Below are positions 8,304 to 18,698 of a DNA stretch of 64,000 bases, one piece after another; the first letter of the stretch is position 1, and the number at the start of each line of letters is the position of its first letter. This DNA comes from Gammaproteobacteria bacterium (lineage in GTDB: Bacteria; Pseudomonadota; Gammaproteobacteria; Steroidobacterales; Steroidobacteraceae). The stretch lies in the NCBI GenBank assembly GCA_021773365.1, contig JAJFKF010000063.1, positions 3,576 to 67,575 on the forward strand. Direction: 5' to 3'. The translations under genes were made by a program, and so were the position numbers. The notes under the pieces are model-generated. The model saw only the letters and a list, made by a program, of their open reading frames with translations, searched no databases and was not told the origin of the DNA.

Positions 8304-11300
8304 ATGACAAAGAAAACCAAAGCTGCGGCGGCAATGGCATTGGCGCTGGTATTTGGAGGCCTGTTCGGCGCCGCGGGTGCGGTTGCGCCGCAGGCATCCC
8401 AATCGACGGTGGCCCTGGACATTCCGGCCCTACCATTGAACGAAGCCCTGAAGCTGCTCGGGCGACAGGCGGGTATCCAGGTGGTGTTCTATTCGAAGGA
8501 AAGCGAGGGGTTGAGCGCTCCGAAACTAAGCGGGCGCTACTCGGCCCGGTCCGCGCTGGAGCAGCTGCTGGCCAATACGGGCCTGAGCTATTCGTTTGTG
8601 AATGACAAGACCGTCGCCATCCGGGCCAGGGGCGAGGCGGGGGAAAGCACTTCCGTCCAGGACCCGGCCGCGCAGATGCGCATGGCCATGATGGCTGCCG
8701 ACGAGGAGGAATCGAGAGCCTCCGGCACGGGCGCGGATGATTCACGCCAGCTGGTGGTGCGCGACAGCAAGATGCTGCCGTTTTCCGACCGCAATGTGGA
8801 CATTCCGCGCAGCATTGATGATGTACAGCCTTATTACATCTTTGACGCGCAGACCCTGGACCGGTCCGGCGCGCTCAATCTGGAGGACTTCCTCAAGCAG
8901 CGCCTGACCATGAACACCGCCTTTATATCCAGCGGGCAGTCCAACCAGGGCAATATCGGCAATATCTCCAGCATCAACTTGCGCGGTCTGGGCACCAGCC
9001 GCACGCTGATTCTGATCAACGGGCGTCGGGCTGCCGGCGTGACTGTGACCGGCTCCGAGCGCCAGCCTGACATCAACGGCATTCCACTGAGCGCGGTGGA
9101 CCGCATTGAAGTCCTGCCGACTTCCTCCTCGGGCATCTACGGGGGCAGCGCCATTGGCGGGGTGATCAACATTATCCTCAAGCAAAGCTACGCGGGCGGC
9201 GAGGCCCGGCTCAGCTACGACTCGCCGATGGATGTCAACGCGCCCGCACGCACCGCGTCGCTCGCCTATGGCTTTTCGCTGGAAGGCGGACGTACCCAGG
9301 TGATGATGACGGGGCAATACTCCGACAGTGAGGCGCTGCGGCAGAGTGACCGGCGTGGGCTGCTTGAGGAAGGGCTGGCCATTATCCGGCGCAACAACCC
9401 TGCGTTCCTCAATCGAACCTACGCACCTTTCCTTGGCGCTACACCTAACATCGTCAGCGCGCTCTGGGTGGGCGGAGCACCGCAGAACCTGACCCTGAAA
9501 AGTGACGGCACTTCGCTTGGCGCCACGACGACGTTCATTCCTGCCGGCACCTCCGGCCAGACCACGCTCGCGCAGTTGGAGGCAGGCCTGCTGGAAAACG
9601 CTGGCAGCTACAACCAGCAACTGCCCGACACGGCCCAGACGCCCACCGGACTGAGAGCGTCGTTCGGCACCACCATCGATACCCGCTCGTTAATGGCGTC
9701 GGTACGCCGGAAGATGAGTGAGCGTATCGAGGTTTTCGCCGAGTTCTCGCACAACCTCAATCACACCGAACTGCCGGTGCGGCCTTACACTTCGACCTAC
9801 GTGCCGGACACCTCGCCCGTGAACCCGTTCAACGAACCGGTCTATATCTCGCTTCCCTACCGCACTGCGTTCTCTGGAAACGAGGTGGAGAGCAGCAGTA
9901 CCAGCGTAAGCGTTGGGGTAACGGCCCAGCTGTCCGCCAACTGGCGGATGAACGCCGATTACACCCGTTCCCGCAGCGAGTTCGAGAACGCGTTCACGAA
10001 CCCCTACAGCCTGTGGGAAGTGATGCAAAGCGGCACCTTGAATCCCTTCGTGGACACCCTGCAACATACGCCGGACTTCGACGCCTACATGTACCACTCG
10101 GCCATGCACGGCGCGGGCACTGTCAATGCCGTGGCCCTGCGTGCCGCCGGGCCTTTGCCGGCGTTACCTTGGGGCGCGCCGATGCTGGTGGTGGGCCTGG
10201 AGCGGCGCATGGCGGATACCAAGGACAGCACCTATGCGTTTGACTTCGGTGACCTGGCCGAAAACTCCACCAGCCTGTATCTGGGACAATCGCAGATCAC
10301 TTACAGTGCGTATGCCGAGCTGCAGGTTCCGCTGGTCACGCAGCACAATGCCGTGCCGCTGGTGCATTCCCTAGATCTGCAGGCGACCCTGCGGACGGAA
10401 AGAAACACCGCTCTGGTAGGGACCAGCAGCGGCTCGATCGATGCCGCCGGCAACATCACCTACGACGCTCCCACGCTCAATGGGCAGCCCTTCACCACCA
10501 AGGCGCGCTACGAATCGAGCAATCCCACTCTGGGTCTGCGTTATCAGCCGTTTCGCGATGTGACGCTGCGTGCTTCCTATGCCACAGCGTTCATGCCGCC
10601 GGACTACTACCAGCTGCTGCCCGACAGGACACTCAGTTCCTATCCCACGCTCATCAACGATCCGGTGCTGCAGAGCAGCTATTCCGTGGACACCTTCAGC
10701 GGCGGCAATCCCGGGCTGGTGCCGCAGAACTCCAAAAGCTGGAATGCGGGTCTCATCTGGGAGCCTCAGGTGCGCGGCCTGCAGGGACTGCGGGCGAACG
10801 TGGAGTACTACCGCATCCGCCAGTTCGACCAGATCGGCACGCTGACCGCCCAGCATATCATCGACGATGAAGCCACCTATCCGGACCGCGTGGAACGCGA
10901 TCCGGCTACCGGGCAGATCGAGGTCGTCAATCGCAGCTATGTCAACCTCACCCGACGCGAGACCGAAGGCATGGATGTGAGCTTCAGCTACGGACTCCAA
11001 ACCCGCCTGGGCGTATTCAATGCAACCGCACTTGCCACGCGCATCTTCGGTGAGGAGCGGCAGAACAGTGTGAACACACCGCTGCTCGACTACGTGAACT
11101 ATGTCTACAATGGTGGTCCGATCCGCCTGAAAGGTAACACCACGCTCACTTGGCAGCGCAAGGCCTTGACCATGGGTTGGACGACGCGGTACTTCGGCAG
11201 CTACATGCAGGCGGGCGCGCCCGGCGGACCCAACGGCGCGGGCTATACCTACACCACGCTCACCCAGGGCAGCCTGACCATCCCTTCGCAGGTGTACCAC

Positions 11301-11528
11301 GACTTGTTCATGGCCTACGATTTCGGCGCCGACGCCGACTCGCGCAACGGTTTTGTGGCCCGGCTCCTGAGCGGCAGCCAGGTGCAGCTCAATGTGCGCA
11401 ATGTGCTCGATGAGGCGCCGCCGTTCGATGCGGCCATGGGCTTCTACAATTACCGCAGCAGCTTCGGCGACATCCGCATGCGCAGCTATCAGCTCAGTCT
11501 GCGGAAATCCTTTGGTACGGGCCGCTGA
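8304..11528 (+). CDS. TonB-dependent receptor with N-terminal STN signalling domain (transducer, cassette 1)
   Basis: Start choice MTKKTKAAAAMALALVFGG (signal peptide); alternatives at 8196 and 8289. STN block ALDIPALPLNEALKLLGRQAGIQVVF, plug block INLRGLG...LINGRR...IERIEVLP, long beta-barrel, C-terminal ...SYQLSLRKSF. Confidence 0.9.
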   Translation: MTKKTKAAAAMALALVFGGLFGAAGAVAPQASQSTVALDIPALPLNEALKLLGRQAGIQVVFYSKESEGLSAPKLSGRYSARSALEQLLANTGLSYSFVNDKTVAIRARGEAGESTSVQDPAAQMRMAMMAADEEESRASGTGADDSRQLVVRDSKMLPFSDRNVDIPRSIDDVQPYYIFDAQTLDRSGALNLEDFLKQRLTMNTAFISSGQSNQGNIGNISSINLRGLGTSRTLILINGRRAAGVTVTGSERQPDINGIPLSAVDRIEVLPTSSSGIYGGSAIGGVINIILKQSYAGGEARLSYDSPMDVNAPARTASLAYGFSLEGGRTQVMMTGQYSDSEALRQSDRRGLLEEGLAIIRRNNPAFLNRTYAPFLGATPNIVSALWVGGAPQNLTLKSDGTSLGATTTFIPAGTSGQTTLAQLEAGLLENAGSYNQQLPDTAQTPTGLRASFGTTIDTRSLMASVRRKMSERIEVFAEFSHNLNHTELPVRPYTSTYVPDTSPVNPFNEPVYISLPYRTAFSGNEVESSSTSVSVGVTAQLSANWRMNADYTRSRSEFENAFTNPYSLWEVMQSGTLNPFVDTLQHTPDFDAYMYHSAMHGAGTVNAVALRAAGPLPALPWGAPMLVVGLERRMADTKDSTYAFDFGDLAENSTSLYLGQSQITYSAYAELQVPLVTQHNAVPLVHSLDLQATLRTERNTALVGTSSGSIDAAGNITYDAPTLNGQPFTTKARYESSNPTLGLRYQPFRDVTLRASYATAFMPPDYYQLLPDRTLSSYPTLINDPVLQSSYSVDTFSGGNPGLVPQNSKSWNAGLIWEPQVRGLQGLRANVEYYRIRQFDQIGTLTAQHIIDDEATYPDRVERDPATGQIEVVNRSYVNLTRRETEGMDVSFSYGLQTRLGVFNATALATRIFGEERQNSVNTPLLDYVNYVYNGGPIRLKGNTTLTWQRKALTMGWTTRYFGSYMQAGAPGGPNGAGYTYTTLTQGSLTIPSQVYHDLFMAYDFGADADSRNGFVARLLSGSQVQLNVRNVLDEAPPFDAAMGFYNYRSSFGDIRMRSYQLSLRKSFGTGR

Positions 11529-11563
11529 AAACACCACCCATCGACCTGCAGCGAGAAACAAAC

Positions 11564-12886
11564 ATGTTGAAGAGAGTGCTGGGAATGGTGACCGTCACGG
11601 TTGCCGTGCTGATCGGTTCAATGACCAGCCTGCCGGTGCCGGCGGCGGAGGTCAGAAATCCCCCCGTGGCTGGACAGCCCTGTCCGGATTTCACGCTGGA
11701 GGAGATTACGCACTACGGCAAGACGCGGGCTTCGCTGAAGGACTTCCGCGGCAGCTGGTTGATTCTGGATTTCTGGAGCACGGGTTGTTCGTCCTGCGTG
11801 GCCAGTTTTCCGAAGATCAACCGGCTGCAGAAGGCCTTCGAGGGGCGCGTCCAGTTCGTGCTGGTGGGCAAGAGTGACGAGGATCGCAACAAGAATATTC
11901 GCAAGCTCTACGAACGGTTCCGTGAGAAGCAGCAGCTGCAGCTGGTTGCAGCCTACAATGGCCCGTTGTTTGAACGCTGGGAGATTGACTCCGTCCCGCG
12001 CGTGGTCATCGTGGACCCGCAGGGCGGGGTCTATGCCGTTACGGATGGACGGGACATGGATGAAGCAAGGCTGGAAGCGCTGCTGGCGGGTGAGAAGCCG
12101 CAGTTCTATGCCCACAAGGACATTCCCTACGATCCGGAGAAGCTGTTGCTTGTGGACGGCAATGGCGGCGCGCCAACGGATCTGCTCTACGGGTCACTCC
12201 TGACCTCCTGGCATGGTGGCTCCCAGATAGTGTTTTCGAAGATTGAGGATGGCCTGCGCAGAAGCGGCACGCGCTTCCAGTGCACCGGCCTCATCCTGGA
12301 CTGGCTGTACAACTATGCCTACTTCGGACAGAACGGCTTCCATTTCGGTGATCCGCGGTACGGCAAGGTGGCCGATCGCGTCATCCGCGAGGTGACTGAC
12401 GAGACACCCTTCAAACATGATTTCGCCCGCATGGAAAACCTCTACAGCTACAGCGCCAGTCTCTCCCCCGTTCATGCCAGCGCCGCGCAGGTGCAGCGGA
12501 TGCTGCAGAATGATCTCGCTGGCTACTTTGGCTACACCGCGACCGTGGAGCAGCGGCAGATGCCGTACTGGAAGCTCACCGCCACTCCTGCGGCGCACAC
12601 AAAACTCAAGACCCGCGGCACGGGCGAGTCCAGTTTTTCATCGGCGGGCGGCACACTGATGAATGTACCCATGTCCCGGCTGCTGGGATCCATCTGGGGG
12701 TTTCACCAGAAGGAGCCGCCCTTCATTGATGAAACCGGCATCACCGGCAATGTGGACGTGAAGCTCGACGCCATCCTAACCGACCTTGACGATGTCCGCA
12801 GAGCGCTGCGGGTTATTGGCCTAGACCTCGTACCGGCAACGCGGGCGATGACCGTCCTCGTGGTGAGAGACGGATCGGGTCCATGA
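11564..12886 (+). CDS. secreted TlpA-like thiol-disulfide oxidoreductase fused to a C-terminal TIGR03435/DUF3738-like domain
   Basis: Signal peptide. Thioredoxin fold with WSTGCSSC (Cys codons at 11786 and 11795). The about 250-aa C-terminal part ends ...GLDLVPATRAMTVLVVRDGSGP, which resembles the characteristic tail of TIGR03435-family proteins (from memory). Confidence 0.75.
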   Translation: MLKRVLGMVTVTVAVLIGSMTSLPVPAAEVRNPPVAGQPCPDFTLEEITHYGKTRASLKDFRGSWLILDFWSTGCSSCVASFPKINRLQKAFEGRVQFVLVGKSDEDRNKNIRKLYERFREKQQLQLVAAYNGPLFERWEIDSVPRVVIVDPQGGVYAVTDGRDMDEARLEALLAGEKPQFYAHKDIPYDPEKLLLVDGNGGAPTDLLYGSLLTSWHGGSQIVFSKIEDGLRRSGTRFQCTGLILDWLYNYAYFGQNGFHFGDPRYGKVADRVIREVTDETPFKHDFARMENLYSYSASLSPVHASAAQVQRMLQNDLAGYFGYTATVEQRQMPYWKLTATPAAHTKLKTRGTGESSFSSAGGTLMNVPMSRLLGSIWGFHQKEPPFIDETGITGNVDVKLDAILTDLDDVRRALRVIGLDLVPATRAMTVLVVRDGSGP

Positions 12887-15321
12887 GACATAAAGAAATA
12901 GGCCGTATTGGAAATGCTGCAGTCTGCAGGATCAAATACCAGCCGCTAAACCGTGTTGGAAGAGTCATTCGGTCGTTCAGCAAAGACCTTGCAGTGGTTA
13001 TTTCCTGTCTTTTTGCTGCTGTTGGACATGCTCAGGATAAGCCGGATGCGCTAAAGTCGTATCACACGATTATTACGCCGGAATTTGTCACGAAAAACGG
13101 TTTTTTGGGCGCGCACGTCAACAAGAATAGAATTTACCTTGAAATTCCCTCAGCCATGCTGGGTGTGGACATGTTGTTTATCGAGCACCATTACTATTCT
13201 GGTGCGACGAAGGTCAGGTGGGTGAAAAGAGACGACAGTATCCACCTGATAATCCCGGAGCTTGAGTCCAGGGTCGGCAACAGAGTTCCCGTTGTGGATA
13301 AATCCATCAAGGGCGATATGTACGACCTGGAAATGACGGTCGCCACGTTACCGATATTGGCGATGAGCATCAAAGATTCGGGTTATGTTGTCGATGCAAC
13401 GGACTTGTTTTTGCAGACGCCTGAACCGCTGTCCGGCCGGGGCAAGGTGTTGCGAAAGGATCTGGCCTTTATCAATAAAGTGATGGCGTTCGACAATACG
13501 ATAGAGGTTCAAACCAGAAAAACCTATGCGACGGAAAAGGGTCCGATAACTGCGGAGTCGGACTTCAGCCTGTTTTTGCTGCCGGAGCCGATGATGCCGC
13601 GGCTGTTCGATCACCGTATGGGTTTTTTCCCGGATGTAAGCGACCTTTCCCAGACCGTGATGCGGGCGGCTACCCTGAGGTGGCGGCTTGAAAAGAAGCA
13701 TCCGGATCAGAAACTCAGTGAGCCGGTAAAACCCATTGTCTATTATCTGGACCCGGCCATTCCGGAAAAGTGGCGACCCTATGTCAGGGCCGGGGTCGAG
13801 GAGTGGCTGCCGGCGTTCGAAGCGGCGGGCTTCAGGAATGCCATTGTGGTGAAAGATCCTCCGGTGGGCGATGAACACTGGTCGATGAACAGCATGAGGT
13901 ACTCCTATGTTCGCTGGATCAACCGCTCGGCCTACCGGGGCAAGGAGGGCGACGGCGCCGGCACGGTGGACACAATTGCCGATCGGAGAACCGGGGAACT
14001 GCTGAAGGTGGATATATTGATCGGCAGGATCAATGGAATCGTCGACAGATACTTTGCCCGATGCAGCCCCCTCGACACGCGGGCACAGCAATACCCTTTT
14101 CCCGATGAGTTGCTGGGCCGGTTGATTCAGTACCTTACCGCTCACGAAACAGGGCATTCCTTCGGGTTGAAAGACGGCAATTACGGCAGCTTCGGGTATC
14201 CGTTTGAAAAACTGCGCGATAGAAGCTGGCTGCAGGAAATGGGTCATACGCCGAGTGTCATGAACTATGCCCGCGACAACATCGTCGTCCAGCCGGAGGA
14301 CGGCATCCCGCCCTCGTTGCTGGTGCAAAAGGTGGGACCGGCGGATCTGTATTCAATCCGCTGGGGGTATACACAGTTTGACAACATCAAGGCCCCTGAG
14401 GATGAGTTGCCGCATCTGGAAAAAATAGTCAGGGAGCAAGATTCGGTACCCTGGTACAAATATACCGCTCATATGGGGGTAACCTCCGGCCCGGATCGCC
14501 AGATGGAAGTTGTCGATAGCGACAATCCGGTAAAGGTGGCCGAGTTGGCGGCCAGGAATCTGAGGCGAACGATAAAGTTGATCCCGGTGGCGACCCGGCA
14601 TGAACAGGGCAGTGATACAGCCCAGCGGTTCTATGAGGCAACACTCAATCTTTGGGTGGACTACATGACCTCGGTTGCGTCAATGGTCGGTGGTTATATC
14701 ACCCAGTTCAAAAACACCAATACCAGCGATCCGGTGTATGACTATTCCGCGATTCCGGCGGCATCGCAAAGAGAAGCCGTCAGATTTTTGATCGACGAGG
14801 CTTTCGGTACGCCCTTGTGGATGGCCGCCCCGGAAATTACCCGTGACTATGAGTCGCAGGGTACGCTTGACAACGTGTCCAGCCGGCAGCTGAAAGTGCT
14901 GTCTGAACTGCTGAGCCGGGGTAGATTAATGAACATGGAGGAAACCGATCTGGCAGGTCGTGAAGGCGATTACCGCATGACGGACCTGTTTGATGACCTG
15001 CATGCCGGGCTGTGGAGCGAGCTCGAAAGTATAGCGATAAGCATTAATCCGTACCGCCAGCAACTTCAGTTGGCGCATATTCTGATGCTGATCAATTACC
15101 TGAGCCTGGACTCCGACAAGCGGTTCCTCGATGCCAGCCGGACGCATTCGGCGAAGATGCCGTTCAGTTTGAATGGTTATACTCGAGCCAATGTGCTTAC
15201 AGCGCTGAGTAACATCAAGGATGATGTCGAGAAGGTGCTGCCGAAGGTAACAGATGCCACTACCCGTTCGCATCTTCAATTATGTTTGTTGGAGATGGAA
15301 AAAATTTGGCGGATAGCCTGA
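12883..15321 (+). CDS. secreted zinc-dependent metalloprotease (DUF5117/DUF4953-like)
   Basis: 812-aa ORF whose ATG overlaps the previous stop (ATGA at 12883). HExxH = HETGH at nt 14143-14157 followed by GHTPSVMNYA. AT-richer codon usage than the flanks. The start codon is uncertain because the n-region before the hydrophobic LAVVISCLFAAVGHA is long. Confidence 0.8.
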   Translation: MRHKEIGRIGNAAVCRIKYQPLNRVGRVIRSFSKDLAVVISCLFAAVGHAQDKPDALKSYHTIITPEFVTKNGFLGAHVNKNRIYLEIPSAMLGVDMLFIEHHYYSGATKVRWVKRDDSIHLIIPELESRVGNRVPVVDKSIKGDMYDLEMTVATLPILAMSIKDSGYVVDATDLFLQTPEPLSGRGKVLRKDLAFINKVMAFDNTIEVQTRKTYATEKGPITAESDFSLFLLPEPMMPRLFDHRMGFFPDVSDLSQTVMRAATLRWRLEKKHPDQKLSEPVKPIVYYLDPAIPEKWRPYVRAGVEEWLPAFEAAGFRNAIVVKDPPVGDEHWSMNSMRYSYVRWINRSAYRGKEGDGAGTVDTIADRRTGELLKVDILIGRINGIVDRYFARCSPLDTRAQQYPFPDELLGRLIQYLTAHETGHSFGLKDGNYGSFGYPFEKLRDRSWLQEMGHTPSVMNYARDNIVVQPEDGIPPSLLVQKVGPADLYSIRWGYTQFDNIKAPEDELPHLEKIVREQDSVPWYKYTAHMGVTSGPDRQMEVVDSDNPVKVAELAARNLRRTIKLIPVATRHEQGSDTAQRFYEATLNLWVDYMTSVASMVGGYITQFKNTNTSDPVYDYSAIPAASQREAVRFLIDEAFGTPLWMAAPEITRDYESQGTLDNVSSRQLKVLSELLSRGRLMNMEETDLAGREGDYRMTDLFDDLHAGLWSELESIAISINPYRQQLQLAHILMLINYLSLDSDKRFLDASRTHSAKMPFSLNGYTRANVLTALSNIKDDVEKVLPKVTDATTRSHLQLCLLEMEKIWRIA

Positions 15322-15329
15322 GCCCCGGT

Positions 15330-15396
15330 GGCACGCGCTTCCAGTGCGGGCCACAAAATAAATGACCGTCATCGTGGTGAGGGACGGATCGGGCCT
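15330..15396 (+). pseudogene. internally deleted relic of the 3' part of a TlpA/TIGR03435-type gene
   Basis: 15330-15347 is identical to 12266-12283 (ggcacgcgcttccagtgc, encoding GTRFQC). 15362-15396 matches 12848-12882 (MTVLVVRDGSGP) at 31 of 35 positions by hand alignment. Confidence 0.6.
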
Positions 15397-15519
15397 GTCC
15401 GCGGCAGGCCGCTGACGCCAGGTCGGTGTCGACCCGGTAACTTCAGGCCCCGTCGGCCAGGCTCTCGTCCGTCGCATGGTAGGAACCATCCGCGCGGCGG
15501 GATATGAGATCAAGCTGGA

Positions 15520-16785
15520 TCAGCCGCCCCTGCCCGCACTCCGCCACGACCCACGCTGATTGCGTGAGGAGCGATGGCGCTGATTGCCACCACCCGGACG
15601 GCCCGCCGGACGAGGGGCTGGCTGGCGGCGCTGCTGGCCATCACCAGCCGCAGCCTGGCCGACCGGAATCTCGAACTGCGGTGTGGCGCTGATCACCAGC
15701 GACCGTTTCAACAGCCGCTCGATGTCGCGCAGCAGTGGTGCTTCATCCGGTGCTACCAATGATATGGCGCCACCGCTGGCGCCGGCGCGTGCCGTGCGGC
15801 CGATGCGATGAACGTAATCCTCGGGCACATTCGGCAGGTCATAGTTGACCACCCAGGGTAGTTCCTTGATGTCCAGTCCGCGCGAGGCCACTTCCGTGGC
15901 GATCAGTGCGGTAACCTTGCCGGCCTTGAACTCTGCCAGCGCTCGCACGCGCGCGCCCTGGCTCTTGTTGCCGTGAATGGCCGCTGTGTTGATGCCGGCA
16001 GCGTACAGCTGCTGCGCCAGACGGTTGGCGCCGTGCTTGGTGCGGGTGAACACCAGTACCTGCTGCCAGTCGCCCTCGCGGATGAGGTGTGCCAGCAGGT
16101 GGCGCTTGTGTTCCTTGATGACCTTGTATGCGGTTTGTTCCACCCGCTCGGCGGTGGCGTTGCGCGGGGTGACCTGGATGGTTTCGGGCTGGCGCAGCAG
16201 GCGCGTGGCCAGGCCGCGGATGTCTTCGGAATAGGTGGCCGAGAACATCAGGTTCTGCCGCTTTGCCGGCATCAGCTTCAGGATGCGCTTGATGGCCGGG
16301 ATGAAGCCCATGTCCAGCATGCGGTCCGCCTCGTCGAGCACGAAGTGTTCCACGCCGCTCAGATCCAGCGCGCGCTGTTCGACCAGGTCGAGCAGACGGC
16401 CGGGTGTGGCCACCAGCAGATCGCAGCCGCTGCGCAGTGCGCCGATCTGCGGATGGATGCCGACGCCGCCGAAGACGACGACGGTGCGCGGATCGACGTA
16501 CTTGCCATAGGTGCGCGCGCTTTCTGCTACCTGCGCGGCCAGTTCACGGGTGGGGGTGAGTACCAGCACGCGTGGTATGCGGCCGCGGCCGTCGCCCAGC
16601 AGCTGGAGGAGGGGAAGCACGAAACCGGCGGTTTTGCCGGTGCCGGTTTGTGCGCCGGCCAGCACATCGCGCCCTGCGAGCACGGCGGGAATGGCCTGGG
16701 ATTGAATGGGTGTGGGGGTGTCGTAGCCCTTTTCGGCCACAGCACGCAGCAGTTCGGGCTTCAGCCCGAGTTCGGTGAAAGACAT
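15520..16785 (-). CDS. rhlE: DEAD-box ATP-dependent RNA helicase, RhlE-like
   Basis: ATG at 16785 ([16 protein letters not shown]). Q motif [24 protein letters not shown] and [10 protein letters not shown] motifs, and a basic Arg/Gly-rich C-terminal tail. Confidence 0.88.
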   Translation of the reverse strand: MSFTELGLKPELLRAVAEKGYDTPTPIQSQAIPAVLAGRDVLAGAQTGTGKTAGFVLPLLQLLGDGRGRIPRVLVLTPTRELAAQVAESARTYGKYVDPRTVVVFGGVGIHPQIGALRSGCDLLVATPGRLLDLVEQRALDLSGVEHFVLDEADRMLDMGFIPAIKRILKLMPAKRQNLMFSATYSEDIRGLATRLLRQPETIQVTPRNATAERVEQTAYKVIKEHKRHLLAHLIREGDWQQVLVFTRTKHGANRLAQQLYAAGINTAAIHGNKSQGARVRALAEFKAGKVTALIATEVASRGLDIKELPWVVNYDLPNVPEDYVHRIGRTARAGASGGAISLVAPDEAPLLRDIERLLKRSLVISATPQFEIPVGQAAAGDGQQRRQPAPRPAGRPGGGNQRHRSSRNQRGSWRSAGRGG

Positions 16786-16939
16786 GTAACTTGATACCTT
16801 GTGATGACTCGCACGACAGCAGTCGCCGGTCAGAAGCGAGTTGAATTGGAAACTATCGAAGTGCGTCGGAATGACAAACTGCGAGCAGAAGGGGCGCTGA
16901 CCGCGCAACCCTGATTCAGCGGCGCTGACTGTACAGGCT

Positions 16940-17962
16940 TCAGGTGGCGGCGTCTACGGCCTGGTTTGCGGGCTGTGCGGTGCTTCCGGCGCGCCGGCGG
17001 CCGAACAGGTCTCCGGTCAGGGCGCCGATCATCACCAGCCAGAAGCCCGCGCCGATGGTGATGCGGGCCGCCATGGGATAGTCGGTGACCGGGGAGATGT
17101 AGCCCTCGATGAACCCGCAGATCACCAGCAGCAGGGTGCACAGCACCAGCAGGCGACCGATGCGGGCGGAGGCCACCTGGAAGGCTTCCCGGCGCGTTGC
17201 CTCGCCCGGCCGCGCCAGCGCCTCGCCCAGTCCTGCGCCGGCTGCGCCTGCCAGACAGATGACGCTGAGCTCCACCGGGCCGTGGGCGATGATGAAGCGC
17301 AACAGCCCGTCGTCCAGGCCGTGCTGCGCGGTGAAGGCAAAGATGCCGCCCAGCATCAGGCCGTTCAGTCCGATGACGTAGAAAGTTCCCAGTCCGAACA
17401 GCGCGCCGGCGGTGAAGGCCAGCAGGGTGACGGAGATGTTGTTGGCCAGGATGCCGACGGACAGCACCGATGAGGGGAAAATGTTGAGCAGGCCATCGGT
17501 CCACAGCTGGCCACGTTCCACCGTATCGATCATTTCCTCGCTGGCGAACAAACCGATCAGTTCGGGATAGGTGGCCACCAGCCACCAGCCGGCGCCTGCG
17601 CTGAGCATGAACAGGCCGGTTACCCACAGTAGATGCAGCCGCAGGGCCCATACGGCTTCGGGGATTTCATCGCGCAGCAGGCGCAGCAGGTCGCTGCCAA
17701 GCCGGCGCGGCGCCTGGTGCAGCACCGCGTGCAGCCGTGTGTACAGCGCTTCCAGTGAGCCGTGGGTGCGGCTTTGTGGCATTAGCCGGCGCGCGAGTGA
17801 CAGGTCGTGCGCAGTGGCGTGATAGCCGTCGATGATTTCCAGTGCTTCACCGGGGGTGGTGGCGCGGCGGCGACCAAGGCGTATGCTCAGCGTGCTGAGG
17901 CGACGCCAGTCGGCGGTGCGTCGCGACAGCCAGGTCTTCAGTGCTGCATCGCCGGTGGTCAT
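16940..17962 (-). CDS. SpoIIM/DUF95-family integral membrane protein
   Basis: ATG 17962 ([15 protein letters not shown]). About 100-aa cytoplasmic N-terminus followed by multiple TM helices with [36 protein letters not shown], the NN...NG pattern of DUF95. Confidence 0.72.
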   Translation of the reverse strand: MTTGDAALKTWLSRRTADWRRLSTLSIRLGRRRATTPGEALEIIDGYHATAHDLSLARRLMPQSRTHGSLEALYTRLHAVLHQAPRRLGSDLLRLLRDEIPEAVWALRLHLLWVTGLFMLSAGAGWWLVATYPELIGLFASEEMIDTVERGQLWTDGLLNIFPSSVLSVGILANNISVTLLAFTAGALFGLGTFYVIGLNGLMLGGIFAFTAQHGLDDGLLRFIIAHGPVELSVICLAGAAGAGLGEALARPGEATRREAFQVASARIGRLLVLCTLLLVICGFIEGYISPVTDYPMAARITIGAGFWLVMIGALTGDLFGRRRAGSTAQPANQAVDAAT

Positions 17963-17963
17963 G

Positions 17964-18698
17964 TCAGCTCCCGGGACTGAGGTAGTTGCGTAGTTGTTCC
18001 TGCAACTGGCGGCTGTCCTCCGATGACGTTGCCGCCGGGTCCACGCGCAGGAGCAGTTTCTGCGCCAGCTGCACACGTACCGGCGGCTGCAGTTTCTTCC
18101 AGCGCGCCAGCAGATCGTCGATCAGTTCCGCCAGCTGCGGGTCGAGCTGTGTGGTCGCCAGTTCGGTGACGAAGTCCTGCCGTCCGCTGCGCCCGTCGCT
18201 GCGCTCGTACAGCAGCAGCGTGCCGGCGGCCAGGTCGCCCAGGCGCACATGGTCGGCGGTGATGACGGTGCTCGCCAGGCCCACGCCGTAGAATCCCGGC
18301 AGGCCGTCGATCAAACGAAACACATTGCGGATCAGCAGCGCGCCAACACCCGGCGTAAGACCATTGCGCGTGGCAATGCGCACGCCGGCGATGCGCTTGC
18401 CCGGCGTGCGCCCGTGCATGAAGACTTCCAGCAGGGGATGGTAGAGCAGGTAGATGGCCACTGCCGGCAGCACGACGACCAGGCCAAAGAATTCCCCGGC
18501 GTTCGATTCATCGGGTATCCCGCCCATGGAGCCGGTGACCGCGAGCGAGGATGCCAGCCACCAGGCGATGGCCAGCAACAAACGGATATGCCAGTCGAGT
18601 ATGAAGGCGAAGCTGCGTGCGCCGGGGCCGGCAACGGCGAGCTCGATCTGCAGCCCCGTGGCGCTGTCGACGGCCAGCCGTGTGCCGCCCGCGTTCAT
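17964..18698 (-). CDS. RDD-family membrane protein
   Basis: 244 aa with TM helices plus the GKRIAGVRI...[12 protein letters not shown] block typical of RDD proteins. Its start overlaps the prfA stop (ATGA). Confidence 0.78.
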   Translation of the reverse strand: MNAGGTRLAVDSATGLQIELAVAGPGARSFAFILDWHIRLLLAIAWWLASSLAVTGSMGGIPDESNAGEFFGLVVVLPAVAIYLLYHPLLEVFMHGRTPGKRIAGVRIATRNGLTPGVGALLIRNVFRLIDGLPGFYGVGLASTVITADHVRLGDLAAGTLLLYERSDGRSGRQDFVTELATTQLDPQLAELIDDLLARWKKLQPPVRVQLAQKLLLRVDPAATSSEDSRQLQEQLRNYLSPGS

